Shown: in pieces, positions 7,205 through 15,413 of the stretch | How the letters are laid out: every line of letters starts with the position of its first letter | Position numbering within the stretch: the first letter of the stretch is position 1 | IMG/VR virus record: IMGVR_UViG_3300007511_000008 | Length of the DNA: 64,000 nt | Origin: a virus | Taxonomy: Duplodnaviria; Heunggongvirae; Uroviricota; Caudoviricetes | Direction: 5' to 3' (one strand) | Made by a program: the position numbers and the translations under genes | Notes under the pieces: model-generated | The model's input: only the letters and a program-made list of their open reading frames with translations | The model's database searches: none | What the model was told of the DNA's origin: nothing

Positions 7205-8545
7205 ATGAAACCGACCCGTCTTTGGTCGACATGGAGTGTCTCGAAATTGGTGCGGGTCCTGGACTGCCCACGATCCTTTGACCTTGTCTACATCAGACAG
7301 ACGAAGGGTCCCGAAAGCCCGTACAAGGTTTTCGGCTCGGCGGTCCACACCATGCTCGAGAGATTCTTCAAAGTGAACTACCAAACAGCTGAGTCCTTCG
7401 CCAAGGCGGGCGTCGGTTTCTGGATGGGGGTCGTAGACGGAAGTCACGGCCCCTCTTCTTTTAGTGCCGAGGTAAGCAAACCAGTCATTATTGACTTCAG
7501 TAACGTGAAGGCACCAATGATGTTCCTGGGCATGATGAAGAAGATACTGCGGATCTTCTACAACGATAATTTGGAGTATAGAGATGGTCCAAAACCTACG
7601 CCAGAGGTGGAAAAAAATTTCACGCTTGATCTGGAAGGCAAAAAGATTCGAGGTATCCTGGATCGACTCCAGCCCGACCATCCGGATCTTGCCTGGAACC
7701 GGCGAGACGGGGAGCTCGGCACACGGGTGGGCCACCATATCATCGACTACAAGCCATACGTACTCGACCAGTTCGGGCTCCACCTTGACCTGCAACTCAC
7801 CATGTACAATCTGTGGTACATCCAGCAGTACGGCAGAGACCCCCTCTCACTTGGAATCTACAATTACAAAGAGCCCATCGACAGAGTTGTATGCACACCT
7901 CCCCGCACCCAGAAGGATTTCGCCGACCTCGCCCTCAAGTTTCAGGAGGCCTCAGAGTATGTCATTGGCGTGCTCACCGGCGACATGTCGAGGCCCTCCG
8001 CAATAACCGGGTTCCGGCATTTCATCCAAGATGACCTGATGACCGGGGTAATGACGCCCAAGAAGGTAATGGGTGGTCCCGGGTGTAAGTTCTGTGAGTT
8101 CAAGGAGAATTGCCTGAAGATTCACAAAGGGGAGCTACCGACCACGCGGGAATACGTCAAGAAGAAGTACGAACTTCCAAGCTCCCCACTCCTCCCCTTC
8201 GCGGTAAAACATAAGGGAGCGGACCGACCGCGTACCCGCGCGAATCTGCGGAGAGTGCTTGCCCGCAGAAGGGTAGAGCCTCTGCCCACCAAACCGGAGG
8301 AGGTCTATCTCCGCCTACAACTGAAGGTGGATAGGACATCCGACAAAACCGACCCAACCAAGTATGGGCGCTGCCCCCACTGCGGGTTCGCCCTCCAGAA
8401 GAACGGGAAGTGTAACAACTGCCTCTCCTGGTATAGCAAGGATGGCAACTTCCTCCCCGAGAAATCATGGAAGTCCGTCTCCGACAGGATCAAAAGGAGG
8501 AAAGAAAAGGATGAGCAGGATGTGGGACCAGGTAATAGCGGATGA
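7205..8545 (+). CDS. Cas4/RecB-family-like PD-(D/E)xK nuclease with an Fe-S-type Cys cluster, plus a C-terminal basic region and zinc ribbon.
   Basis: The PD-(D/E)xK-like core 'GILDRL...HHIIDYKPY' gives the D...IDYK motif. The protein has an N-terminal Cys ('VLDCPRSFD') plus a C-terminal 'CKFCEFKENC' (C-x2-C-x5-C), the pattern of Cas4/AddB-type 4Fe-4S nucleases. The C-terminal tail 'YGRCPHCGFALQKNGKCNNC' is a CxxC...CxxC zinc ribbon. Confidence 0.5.
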   Translation: MKPTRLWSTWSVSKLVRVLDCPRSFDLVYIRQTKGPESPYKVFGSAVHTMLERFFKVNYQTAESFAKAGVGFWMGVVDGSHGPSSFSAEVSKPVIIDFSNVKAPMMFLGMMKKILRIFYNDNLEYRDGPKPTPEVEKNFTLDLEGKKIRGILDRLQPDHPDLAWNRRDGELGTRVGHHIIDYKPYVLDQFGLHLDLQLTMYNLWYIQQYGRDPLSLGIYNYKEPIDRVVCTPPRTQKDFADLALKFQEASEYVIGVLTGDMSRPSAITGFRHFIQDDLMTGVMTPKKVMGGPGCKFCEFKENCLKIHKGELPTTREYVKKKYELPSSPLLPFAVKHKGADRPRTRANLRRVLARRRVEPLPTKPEEVYLRLQLKVDRTSDKTDPTKYGRCPHCGFALQKNGKCNNCLSWYSKDGNFLPEKSWKSVSDRIKRRKEKDEQDVGPGNSG

Positions 8546-9176
8546 GTATAACCTCCGCCAACAAGTAGCAGACCACACGAACAACACCCTTAACTCCGTC
8601 TGTAAGGAATGCGATTCCCCCGTCTGCTGTATGCAGATGTTTGAGGTTACCCCGTGGGATGCGCTCCTTATCATCAGGACACATCCGCAAGCGGTAACTC
8701 GGCTTATACCCAAGCTGGAAGAGCAGGCTGAACTGGAGAAGAAGTACGCCGGCGAGATGGAGGAGTACATCCATAACGAACGGCATCCCTGCGCCTTTCT
8801 CACTGCCGACGGCAAATGCGAAATATACGCCATGCGCCCCATCATTTGCGCTATGATGCATATTCGCGAAGGAGAGAAGCGCTGCGGAGACATGGACGCC
8901 AAAGAGAAGCATGCAGTTGGGCTCCTCCCGGAGCTCACTGTACGATACCTCTCCACAACACACAAAGTGTGGGAAGGTGTAGACGGACAACAGGGAATGC
9001 GGCACTTCCTACTGGAGAACGGGATGGAGGATATACCTTTTGGATTTATCCCGGGCCTTGCCACAGCCATACTCGCTGTCGGCGAAGGCAAGAAACCTCC
9101 TATGTTCTCCGAGCGGGACATGCTCATGACCGAACTTCGTATGCGGCAAAAGGGGTACATGAAAGACGCCCCATGA
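8511..9176 (+). CDS. YkgJ/UPF0153-family Cys-cluster (putative Fe-S or Zn-binding) protein.
   Basis: The internal ATG at 8511 has AAAGGAGG 8-10 nt upstream. The longer 8364 start adds an S/P/G-rich, implausible N-terminus and overlaps the previous gene. The signature is 'CKECDSPVCC' (CxxCxxxCC), plus a second Cys group 'CAFLTADGKCEIYAMRPIICAMMH...RCGD', as in UPF0153. Confidence 0.5.
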   Translation: MSRMWDQVIADEYNLRQQVADHTNNTLNSVCKECDSPVCCMQMFEVTPWDALLIIRTHPQAVTRLIPKLEEQAELEKKYAGEMEEYIHNERHPCAFLTADGKCEIYAMRPIICAMMHIREGEKRCGDMDAKEKHAVGLLPELTVRYLSTTHKVWEGVDGQQGMRHFLLENGMEDIPFGFIPGLATAILAVGEGKKPPMFSERDMLMTELRMRQKGYMKDAP

Positions 9177-9258
9177 ATGGTATAAGGACGGCAGTAGCTG
9201 AAAGGCCGCTGCCGTCCAAGTCCTATAACCCTAACCAGCGCAAGCCGGGAGCGCATCG

Positions 9259-9903
9259 ATGACAACTATCTCTACACAAGTGATCAACTGGAACCTGATG
9301 GCGGGAAGCGTCGATATGGAGGAGAACAGATTGTTGTTCGCCAAAATCCGGAAAGACGTCTTCATTGCCATCCCTGAGAGTAAGGAAGCTCGTTGCTGGG
9401 CACCAATGCTAATCCTAAACCCGAAGAGTCCCATTGTCCGTGGGGGATTAGCAAAAAAGTACACCGCGGACATCCTTGGAATAGCGAGGGAGCATGTTCA
9501 AGGAGAGATTTTACGGCAGCTGATCAGAGCGACTGCTGATGAGAAAAGGAATGGGCCGATGGACCGCCTGTCGGTTGTCGAAGCCATGCTCCCTTTTGAG
9601 GCCCGGCTGGAATATACAGCGGGAGACACCCCTGACATCCTCAGGCAATTCCTGGTACCTGCGTGGACAATTGAGCTCCTCGACTACCAGCGCCTGCGTA
9701 TCGGATGGGTGGACGTAAAGGATGTTCTCCATTGCGTAATGCCCAAGAGCCTGCGTATCCTGCCAGATAAGCCCTACGACGAAGAGTCTTGGAGGCTGCT
9801 TACTGCCCACAATGTCCCGGACCAGCTCGTTGAACTGCTTGAGCACAATGGAATTGCAATCAGACAAAAGAGACCACGAAAACGTAACAAGAGGAGCCGG
9901 TAA
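9259..9903 (+). CDS. Hypothetical protein (214 aa).
   Basis: Clean ORF. Its stop overlaps the next start (TAATG at 9901-9905). No recognisable motifs. Confidence 0.45.
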   Translation: MTTISTQVINWNLMAGSVDMEENRLLFAKIRKDVFIAIPESKEARCWAPMLILNPKSPIVRGGLAKKYTADILGIAREHVQGEILRQLIRATADEKRNGPMDRLSVVEAMLPFEARLEYTAGDTPDILRQFLVPAWTIELLDYQRLRIGWVDVKDVLHCVMPKSLRILPDKPYDEESWRLLTAHNVPDQLVELLEHNGIAIRQKRPRKRNKRSR

Positions 9904-10793
9904 TGCCAATAGTCATATGCGAAGGAGTAAAGATTCGTATTGTCGGCCACCCCTCAAAAAGTAAGTGGGCAGCCGCAACTAACACATACTTTGATGCAGA
10001 GACCGGGGAGGAGTTTGACCCGGAGAGCCTGCCCCCGGAGGGACGTGGGCACAAGTACGTAATACGTAAGCATATAGCCGACGTACGAGGCTATTACACA
10101 ATCACCAACGATTTACGGTACTGGGATGGGGAGACCGCCAAAGTGCTGCAGGTATGCGGGGCAGCCCCACCCAATATCGCTGCGCCCCTAATAGCGGCTG
10201 GGCGCAACCTCGTGGAAGCTGCGTGCGGGCCCGGAGAGTTCGATTGTAACAAAGTCTACTTAGAGCCCGAGTACCTTGACCTCTTCGAGCAAAAGGCTCA
10301 AGAGCGGGGATGGTCCGTGGACCACATTGCATGGTGCCCAAAAAGGCACGCGACACTCGAGCAAACAGCAAAGCTACTCTATGCGGGCCAAGTTGACCCT
10401 GAGAAAAGCGGGGACCGCGAAGTGCTCCAGACTGCCGTAGAATCTGCAGAGCAGCTGCTGGAGAATCCCACCGACCCTGCCTTTATCGCTAACCCCGAAA
10501 GGTATACAGTAATCGAAACGCACCTGCACAACCTCAAGGATGCGTTGGGTTTAGAGATTACCCCCAAGGCACGGCTGGAACTGACGTATGATTTACTGCG
10601 GTCCGCAACCTCCTACAAGGATTCCATCCAACTCCAAAATAATCACGTTGTGATAAATCTTCCGATGGGCCGTGTGAAGATTGGTTTAGAGGAGTGCGTT
10701 TACACCTCAGATGCTGGCACACAGACCCTTCATGGGACCGCGAAGAAGAAATCGCGGTTGAGCAAAATCAAGAAAAATGGAGGGGACCCTTAG
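9903..10793 (+). CDS. Hypothetical protein (296 aa).
   Basis: Clean ORF coupled to the upstream gene. No recognisable motifs. Confidence 0.45.
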   Translation: MPIVICEGVKIRIVGHPSKSKWAAATNTYFDAETGEEFDPESLPPEGRGHKYVIRKHIADVRGYYTITNDLRYWDGETAKVLQVCGAAPPNIAAPLIAAGRNLVEAACGPGEFDCNKVYLEPEYLDLFEQKAQERGWSVDHIAWCPKRHATLEQTAKLLYAGQVDPEKSGDREVLQTAVESAEQLLENPTDPAFIANPERYTVIETHLHNLKDALGLEITPKARLELTYDLLRSATSYKDSIQLQNNHVVINLPMGRVKIGLEECVYTSDAGTQTLHGTAKKKSRLSKIKKNGGDP

Positions 10794-11028
10794 TGTTTCA
10801 CATACTGTCGATTTTTTTCTGCAGTAGTGATGGCGCCTCTCAGACGCCATAACGAGCATTTTATTTTTCATTTCTCTGGTGTTTATAAGGTAGTGGTAAT
10901 TAAAAACTGGTTTTTCCAGTTGAACTGCCTTAACCCGAACGAGAAAAATCCCATTAAGATATTGATCGGATCCAGCGGGTATGGCACAGTATTAGGCGTC
11001 CCATACTTGTGCGGGTCAACAACCACAA
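10794..11028. promoter_or_regulatory. 235-nt AT-richer intergenic region, the largest non-coding gap in the + block, with two short hairpins. Putative terminator/promoter region between transcription units.
   Basis: ATGGCG-cctctcaga-CGCCAT hairpin followed by 'aacgagcaTTTTATTTTTC'. A second hairpin is AACTGG-ttttt-CCAGTT. The local GC is much lower than in the flanking coding DNA. Confidence 0.3.
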
Positions 11029-11340
11029 TTGGAGGTACTCCAGGCTATGCAACAGTTGCTTCCTCAAATCCGGCAGTTTGCCGCAGACAGGACAAGGGAG
11101 GCTGCGAGCGCTCTAAATGCTCTTGGCCGTGTCGTCAAAGTTCTCCAGGTGCTCGACTCCGAATACCAGGAGACGTACCAAACCCTTACGGTACGAGTCG
11201 ATTCCGGGAAGTACGAGGGGCAAGTCCTGCCCGTCGTACAGATCCAGCTGGATGGTAAAGGGGTTACCATTTGGGCTACCCACAACGAAAACCCCAAGAA
11301 ATTTCGCGTCACAGGCGAATTGGAGGTCACACAAGCATGA
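11029..11340 (+). CDS. Hypothetical protein (103 aa).
   Basis: GGAGG lies 9 nt upstream. The stop overlaps the ParB-like start (ATGA). Confidence 0.45.
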   Translation: MEVLQAMQQLLPQIRQFAADRTREAASALNALGRVVKVLQVLDSEYQETYQTLTVRVDSGKYEGQVLPVVQIQLDGKGVTIWATHNENPKKFRVTGELEVTQA

Positions 11341-12266
11341 GCAAGAAAACCGTACACCTGGTCCTGGAGGATATCCGGTTGGATTCCGATGGTATGTCCA
11401 ATTGCCGATCGGCTATGGAGGGTATCGAGGAGCTGGCACAGGACATCGTAGATGAGGGATGCCTGCTCAACCCCATTGGGGTATGGCAGCCCCCGGGAAA
11501 GGACTACTACGTCTTGAACTATGGCTACCGTAGGCTCCATGCGCTGAAGTGGCTCAAAGAACACCGACCCAAAGATTTCATCTCCCTTGACTTTGAGGAG
11601 GCTGGGAAGATCCCATGTGCCGCATACGGTGGGGATTTGAACGCCGCATTGATCAGGAACCTCTCTGAGAACCTGAAGCGGAAGCGGGTAAACCCGGCAG
11701 ATCTGGTTACCCGGGTCGGGTACCTGCACGAAGTCCGGGGGATGACGGAGACACTAATCGCGAAGACCATTGGGATTGCCCAGTCCCAAGTCTCAGGTAT
11801 GCTGGGAGTCCACCTTGGGTGCTCCAAGGCAGTTATTGGTGCCCTCCGGCAGAAGCTCATCAACCTGTCCAACGCCAAGAAGTTCAGCAAGCTCCCACAC
11901 GAGCAGCAGGATGAATTGCTGGAGAAGCTGCTTGAGCAGGACCCTGAGCAGGCAAAGAAGATCAAGAAGCTTTTGGCCAAGAAGACCGAGGCCTCCGTGC
12001 GTCCGGGTGTAAAGACTCTGAAGTCTACTCTTGGGCAGGTAGCTGCACGTAAGGAAGAGCGGGACAAGGAGTACCGCGATGGAGTCATTGCCGGCCTCAA
12101 GTTTGCATTGGGTATCATTGATAAGGTCGAATGGCTGTTTGCTCCGGCACACGCAGTTCCGGAAGATGCAGCTCCTCAGGCCCCGACGAGACTCGTTCGT
12201 GCGATGAAACCGAAGAAGAAGTTCGCTGGGAAAGCGCAAGAAAAGGAGACCACCAAACCAAAGTGA
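11337..12266 (+). CDS. ParB/Srx-like N-terminal nuclease-fold domain protein with an HTH and a Lys/Glu-rich C-terminal region.
   Basis: The start at 11337 forms ATGA with the upstream stop. The upstream in-frame extension is Arg-rich and implausible. 'LLNPIGVWQPPGKDYYVLNYGYRRLHALKWL' resembles the ParB-box (GxRRxxA) region. 'TETLIAKTIGIAQSQVSGML' is HTH-like. Confidence 0.5.
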   Translation: MSKKTVHLVLEDIRLDSDGMSNCRSAMEGIEELAQDIVDEGCLLNPIGVWQPPGKDYYVLNYGYRRLHALKWLKEHRPKDFISLDFEEAGKIPCAAYGGDLNAALIRNLSENLKRKRVNPADLVTRVGYLHEVRGMTETLIAKTIGIAQSQVSGMLGVHLGCSKAVIGALRQKLINLSNAKKFSKLPHEQQDELLEKLLEQDPEQAKKIKKLLAKKTEASVRPGVKTLKSTLGQVAARKEERDKEYRDGVIAGLKFALGIIDKVEWLFAPAHAVPEDAAPQAPTRLVRAMKPKKKFAGKAQEKETTKPK

Positions 12267-12281
12267 GGTGTTGATTAGACA

Positions 12282-13889
12282 ATGTCCAAGCTAGAAACCC
12301 TGATCCGGGCTGCGTACCCGGTGATCTACGTTGAGACCCCCGAAGAGGAGCGGTTGTTCCATGAACTTTCACGGATCACCACCGAAACGGGGCTGGATTT
12401 ATTCACTTGGGATATTTCCGCTGGCTTCCGCCAGTATAAGGACGACGAGTTCAAGGACATCGATCCTGAAGCGGTAGAGCCACGCGAGGCTATCCCGCAG
12501 TATTTCATCAACAAAGATGACGTGAATGGGATTCTGGTACTCCCCGACATCCACCGCCTGTTCCATGATGCCGCCTGCCTACGCTTGCTGCGCAACGCGC
12601 TCCAGCTGCGGCACCAGGGTGGCATCAAGATCATCTTGATGTGCTCCCCTATCATTGACCTTCCCCTGGAGCTCCGCCGGCAGGTAGCTACTGTCGACTT
12701 CCCCCTCCCCTCCCGGGAGGAAATCAAGGAATTCCTCGAGGAGCAGCGCAACGACGTCCCCAAGACCCTCTTCCCTGTGAAGAAGGAGATGGCGGAGGTG
12801 GTTGATAGCTGCCGTGGGCTGACGATGATGGAGATTGAGAATGTTCTGGCCAACTGCCTGGTCGAGGATTCTCCTCTGAAACCCAGCCGGGTTATCGGGG
12901 AGAAGAAAGAGATTCTCCGTGGGGCCAAGTCCCTGGAGTACATCGAATCTCCCTTGGAACTGAACAAGGATGTCGGGGGTCTCGAGAACGTGATTGCCTG
13001 GCTCGAGCTTCGCAAGCGTGCCTTCTCTGAGGATGCTGTGAAGTTCGGGATTCCTGCGCCCAAAGGCTTGCTCCTGGTGGGTTTGCCTGGAACAGGGAAA
13101 AGCTTGGTCGCCAAAGCAGTTGGTGGTTCTTGGAAGTTCCCTCTGATCCGCTTCAATATGGGCGCTGCCTTCTCGAAGTGGCAGGGGGAATCCGAGGCGG
13201 AGATCCGGAATGCCTGGAACACCGCAGAGGCCTGCGCACCATGCCTCTTGGTAGTGGATGAAATTGATAAAGCGACCGGCGGTCTGGGCGGCGACTCAGA
13301 CAATGGGACCGGGAACCGAATTCTTGGAGACCTGCTGACGAAGATGCAGGAGAACACCAAGGGCGTGGTCGTTATTGCTACCTGTAATGACGTACAGGCG
13401 ATGCACCCAGCATTGCTTCGTAAAGGCCGCTTTGACGAGATTATCTTCGTGGACTTGCCCGGCCCCAAGGCCATCGAGCAGATCCTCGATATCCACTTGA
13501 CGGCAAAGAAGCAGCCAACGTTGGATTCGTTCACCAAGAAAGAACGGAAAAGCATCGTCGAGCACATGCAGGGCATGACCGGCGCGGAGATTGAGCAGGC
13601 AGTTGTAGATGCCATGTACCTGGCATTTGCTGCTGAGCGGGCCCTCCTTCCTGAGGACCTCGTAGCTGCCGCTACTAACACCCGACCGTATTGCGTCCTG
13701 AAAGAGGAGGAAGTCAAATGGATGCGGAAGTGGGCAGAAAACAGGGCGGTGCCAGCATCCGCCGAAGTCTTGGACTTGACGAAAGCCCTGGACTTTCGCA
13801 AGCGCTTGGGCCAAGAACTCCCAGCGGATTCACCAATGTCTACGGTAAAGAAGCTGCGGCTAAAACGTCCCTCGCGCTCTGGCTCGTAG
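12282..13889 (+). CDS. AAA+ ATPase of the classic AAA clade (FtsH/Cdc48/proteasomal-ATPase-like ATPase domain) with a ~230-aa N-terminal domain of unknown function.
   Basis: Walker A is 'GLPGTGKSLVAKAV'. Walker B is 'CLLVVDEIDK'. The second region of homology is 'IATCNDVQAMHPALLRKGRFDEIIFVDLP'. A sensor-2-like C-terminal helical part is present. Confidence 0.8.
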   Translation: MSKLETLIRAAYPVIYVETPEEERLFHELSRITTETGLDLFTWDISAGFRQYKDDEFKDIDPEAVEPREAIPQYFINKDDVNGILVLPDIHRLFHDAACLRLLRNALQLRHQGGIKIILMCSPIIDLPLELRRQVATVDFPLPSREEIKEFLEEQRNDVPKTLFPVKKEMAEVVDSCRGLTMMEIENVLANCLVEDSPLKPSRVIGEKKEILRGAKSLEYIESPLELNKDVGGLENVIAWLELRKRAFSEDAVKFGIPAPKGLLLVGLPGTGKSLVAKAVGGSWKFPLIRFNMGAAFSKWQGESEAEIRNAWNTAEACAPCLLVVDEIDKATGGLGGDSDNGTGNRILGDLLTKMQENTKGVVVIATCNDVQAMHPALLRKGRFDEIIFVDLPGPKAIEQILDIHLTAKKQPTLDSFTKKERKSIVEHMQGMTGAEIEQAVVDAMYLAFAAERALLPEDLVAAATNTRPYCVLKEEEVKWMRKWAENRAVPASAEVLDLTKALDFRKRLGQELPADSPMSTVKKLRLKRPSRSGS

Positions 13890-14605
13890 GTATCGCTCAG
13901 AATACGCGGCCCACTTACTGGCTGCCTTTTGAGCCCTTACCCGAAAGAGACTACATCTCCTCTCTGCAGGTGGACCTGTCAAAGCTCCTCCTCGCAGAAG
14001 ACGTACGTACCATGGATGACGTGGGGTACCTCCTTGCTGGACTTCCCAGGGAGGCGCTCCTCGTGATCGATTCCATGGATACTATGCCGATCGGGGCTGG
14101 ACGACGACTAACTACTGAAAAGCAAGGGGTGAGTTCCGCACTACAGGAACTCGCCGCCTTTGCTCCCTTGCTACAATCAAGGCAGATCAGCGTTATCCTG
14201 ATCTCCCAAATACGGTATAGGCCGGCAACTGGACTACAATCCAGCGCAGGTGCAATGGAGGGTGCACTTACTGCTGCACTAAACCTCCGAGTACTCAGCC
14301 GAGAAACCAAATACGGGGAGCGTACGTGGACCCAGATAGCGGTAGAGAACACACGGCATACGTTGAACCCCCCGGGAAGGGAATGCATACTCTACATGCA
14401 CCCGTCTCTCGGAATATCGCCCGAACGAGAACTGGTAGAGGAGTTGAAGAAACGGTACGGTACTAAGTGGAGGTCGGAGCTCACCGGGCGTACAGGTGTT
14501 CGACTTCCCAATGGTCTTGTTGCTGCGGCTCAAGCGATCCGCGACAACCCGGAAACCGCAGAGAAGCTATGGAGGTTACTGTGGCAAAGAAGAAAATCGA
14601 AGTAA
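13718..14605 (+). CDS. Divergent RecA/RadA-superfamily ATPase-fold protein (RecA homolog with a variant P-loop). Its 5' end overlaps the AAA gene by ~172 nt in another frame.
   Basis: ATG 13718 has GAGGAGG with a 7-nt spacer. 'NVYGKEAAAKTSLALWLV' aligns with RecA 'EIYGPESSGKTTLTLQ', with AKT in place of GKT. 'YWLPFEPLPERDYISSLQVDLSKLLLAED' aligns with RecA '[29 protein letters not shown]'. 'ALLVIDSMDTM...QISVILISQIRYRP' aligns with RecA 'VIVVDSVAAL...TLLIFINQIRMKIG'. Confidence 0.5.
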   Translation: MDAEVGRKQGGASIRRSLGLDESPGLSQALGPRTPSGFTNVYGKEAAAKTSLALWLVGIAQNTRPTYWLPFEPLPERDYISSLQVDLSKLLLAEDVRTMDDVGYLLAGLPREALLVIDSMDTMPIGAGRRLTTEKQGVSSALQELAAFAPLLQSRQISVILISQIRYRPATGLQSSAGAMEGALTAALNLRVLSRETKYGERTWTQIAVENTRHTLNPPGRECILYMHPSLGISPERELVEELKKRYGTKWRSELTGRTGVRLPNGLVAAAQAIRDNPETAEKLWRLLWQRRKSK

Positions 14606-14793
14606 CAATCAACCCTGACGGGACTGTCGAGGGGGAGGCCATGGGCCATGAAGGGGATGGCTGCATGGATGCCCTGCGGGGGATTACCTCCGGAATGAAA
14701 CGATTGCGGACAAAGCGAAAGCCCGAGTTCTTCAGAACCTGCAAGGTCAGCGCCCCCGCACTGCGGTATGGTGGTAAGGAGACCAAGCATTAA
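14569..14793 (+). CDS. Small DUF2997-like protein (tentative).
   Basis: 'KKIEVTINPDGTVEGEAMGHEGDGCMDALRGITSGM' fits the remembered DUF2997 pattern (K-I-E-V-x-I-x-x-D-G-x-V-x-x-E-x-x-G-x-x-G-x-x-C). The start is either ATG 14569 or GTG 14581, with GGAGG 5 nt upstream of the GTG. The long TTG/GTG-extended 14467 version is unlikely. Confidence 0.4.
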   Translation: MEVTVAKKKIEVTINPDGTVEGEAMGHEGDGCMDALRGITSGMKRLRTKRKPEFFRTCKVSAPALRYGGKETKH

Positions 14794-14804
14794 GGAGGTC
14801 CCAT

Positions 14805-15413
14805 ATGCGCCACAACGCACCGATGCTCCATATAGAGGGCATTGTGTACCCAACGCAGGCGAACGGCCCAGGAAAGCGCATCCTTGTTGCTGTCCGTGGG
14901 TGTTCTCTGCAATGCCCCGGGTGTGTAAACAAACATCTATGGGATCGTACCCTCGGCGGAAGATACGTAGACCCAGCGAAGTTCGTGGATGAGTTGCTGA
15001 AGACAACGGGACTCTCTCGGGAGGATGCCACTAATGTCGGGCTTACAATCTCCGGGGCAGAGCCACTAGACCAAGCAGCCGCTCTCTTCATCCTACTTGT
15101 CCAAGCAGCCCTGACCTTCAGGGATATCATCGTCTTCTCCGGTTACACCATCGAGGAGATCGAGGAAGACGCTCTGAAGAGCTCTTGCCTGGCATGGCTG
15201 GACGCAATTATCACAAATAGATATTTGCGGGAGCAGCACGCTACACAGGGCCTCAAAGGGTCTGCCAATCAGGAAATCATCGTCAACCCCTACCGGAACA
15301 AGCTCACTCTGCAAGAGTTGGAGGATTTCGAGCATGTAGTTGAGATCCACCCAATCGGGGTGATAACCGGCTTCCCATCAAAGGAAGAGGAGGAAGCATG
15401 TCAGCATTCATAG
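14805..15413 (+). CDS. nrdG: NrdG-like anaerobic ribonucleotide reductase-activating protein / glycyl-radical-enzyme activase (radical SAM, 4Fe-4S).
   Basis: GGAGG lies 7 nt upstream. 'ANGPGKRILVAVRGCSLQCPGCVNKHLWD' matches NrdG 'NGPGxRxxLFVxGCxxxCPGCxNKxTW' (CxxxCxxC). 'GLTISGAEPL' matches the 'SGGDPL' region. 'IVFSGYTIEEI' matches 'WVWTGYKLDEL'. 'GSANQEII' matches the C-terminal 'RGSSNQ'. Confidence 0.7.
   Translation: MRHNAPMLHIEGIVYPTQANGPGKRILVAVRGCSLQCPGCVNKHLWDRTLGGRYVDPAKFVDELLKTTGLSREDATNVGLTISGAEPLDQAAALFILLVQAALTFRDIIVFSGYTIEEIEEDALKSSCLAWLDAIITNRYLREQHATQGLKGSANQEIIVNPYRNKLTLQELEDFEHVVEIHPIGVITGFPSKEEEEACQHS

Noticed and set aside
11337-12266. ParB-like gene considered as a plasmid or prophage partition locus (ParAB) or mobile-element marker.
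   Set aside because: No ParA-type Walker ATPase is adjacent. ParB/Srx-fold nucleases are common stand-alone phage genes. No integrase or transposase is present anywhere in the window.
13691-13717. TTG-initiated N-terminal extension of the RecA-like ORF. Similar non-ATG or long N-terminal extensions appear in the track at 1464, 8364, 14467, 11271, 57646, 58572, 29395 and 35152.
   Set aside because: The internal ATG starts have near-perfect GGAGG-type RBSs and remove implausible Arg-rich or low-complexity leaders and long overlaps with upstream genes.
12326-13801. 491-aa antisense ORF nested inside the AAA+ ATPase gene. The same pattern occurs elsewhere: 6348-7181(-), 8465-9265(-), 19717-20661(+), 21901-22926(+), 35926-36717(+), 48682-49542(+), 49769-50536(+), 61071-62594(-), 4335-4976(-).
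   Set aside because: All are Arg/Ser/Pro/Ala-rich, low-complexity translations lying opposite genes with strong conserved motifs. Stop-codon-free stretches of this kind on the antisense strand are expected by chance for high-GC coding DNA. They also lack convincing RBSs.
13716-13889. Possible -1 programmed frameshift fusing the AAA+ ATPase to the RecA-like protein, which lies in the -1 frame and overlaps by 172 nt.
   Set aside because: No X-XXY-YYZ slippery heptamer is evident in the overlap. The RecA-like ORF has its own strong RBS-ATG at 13718. It is kept only as a low-priority check.
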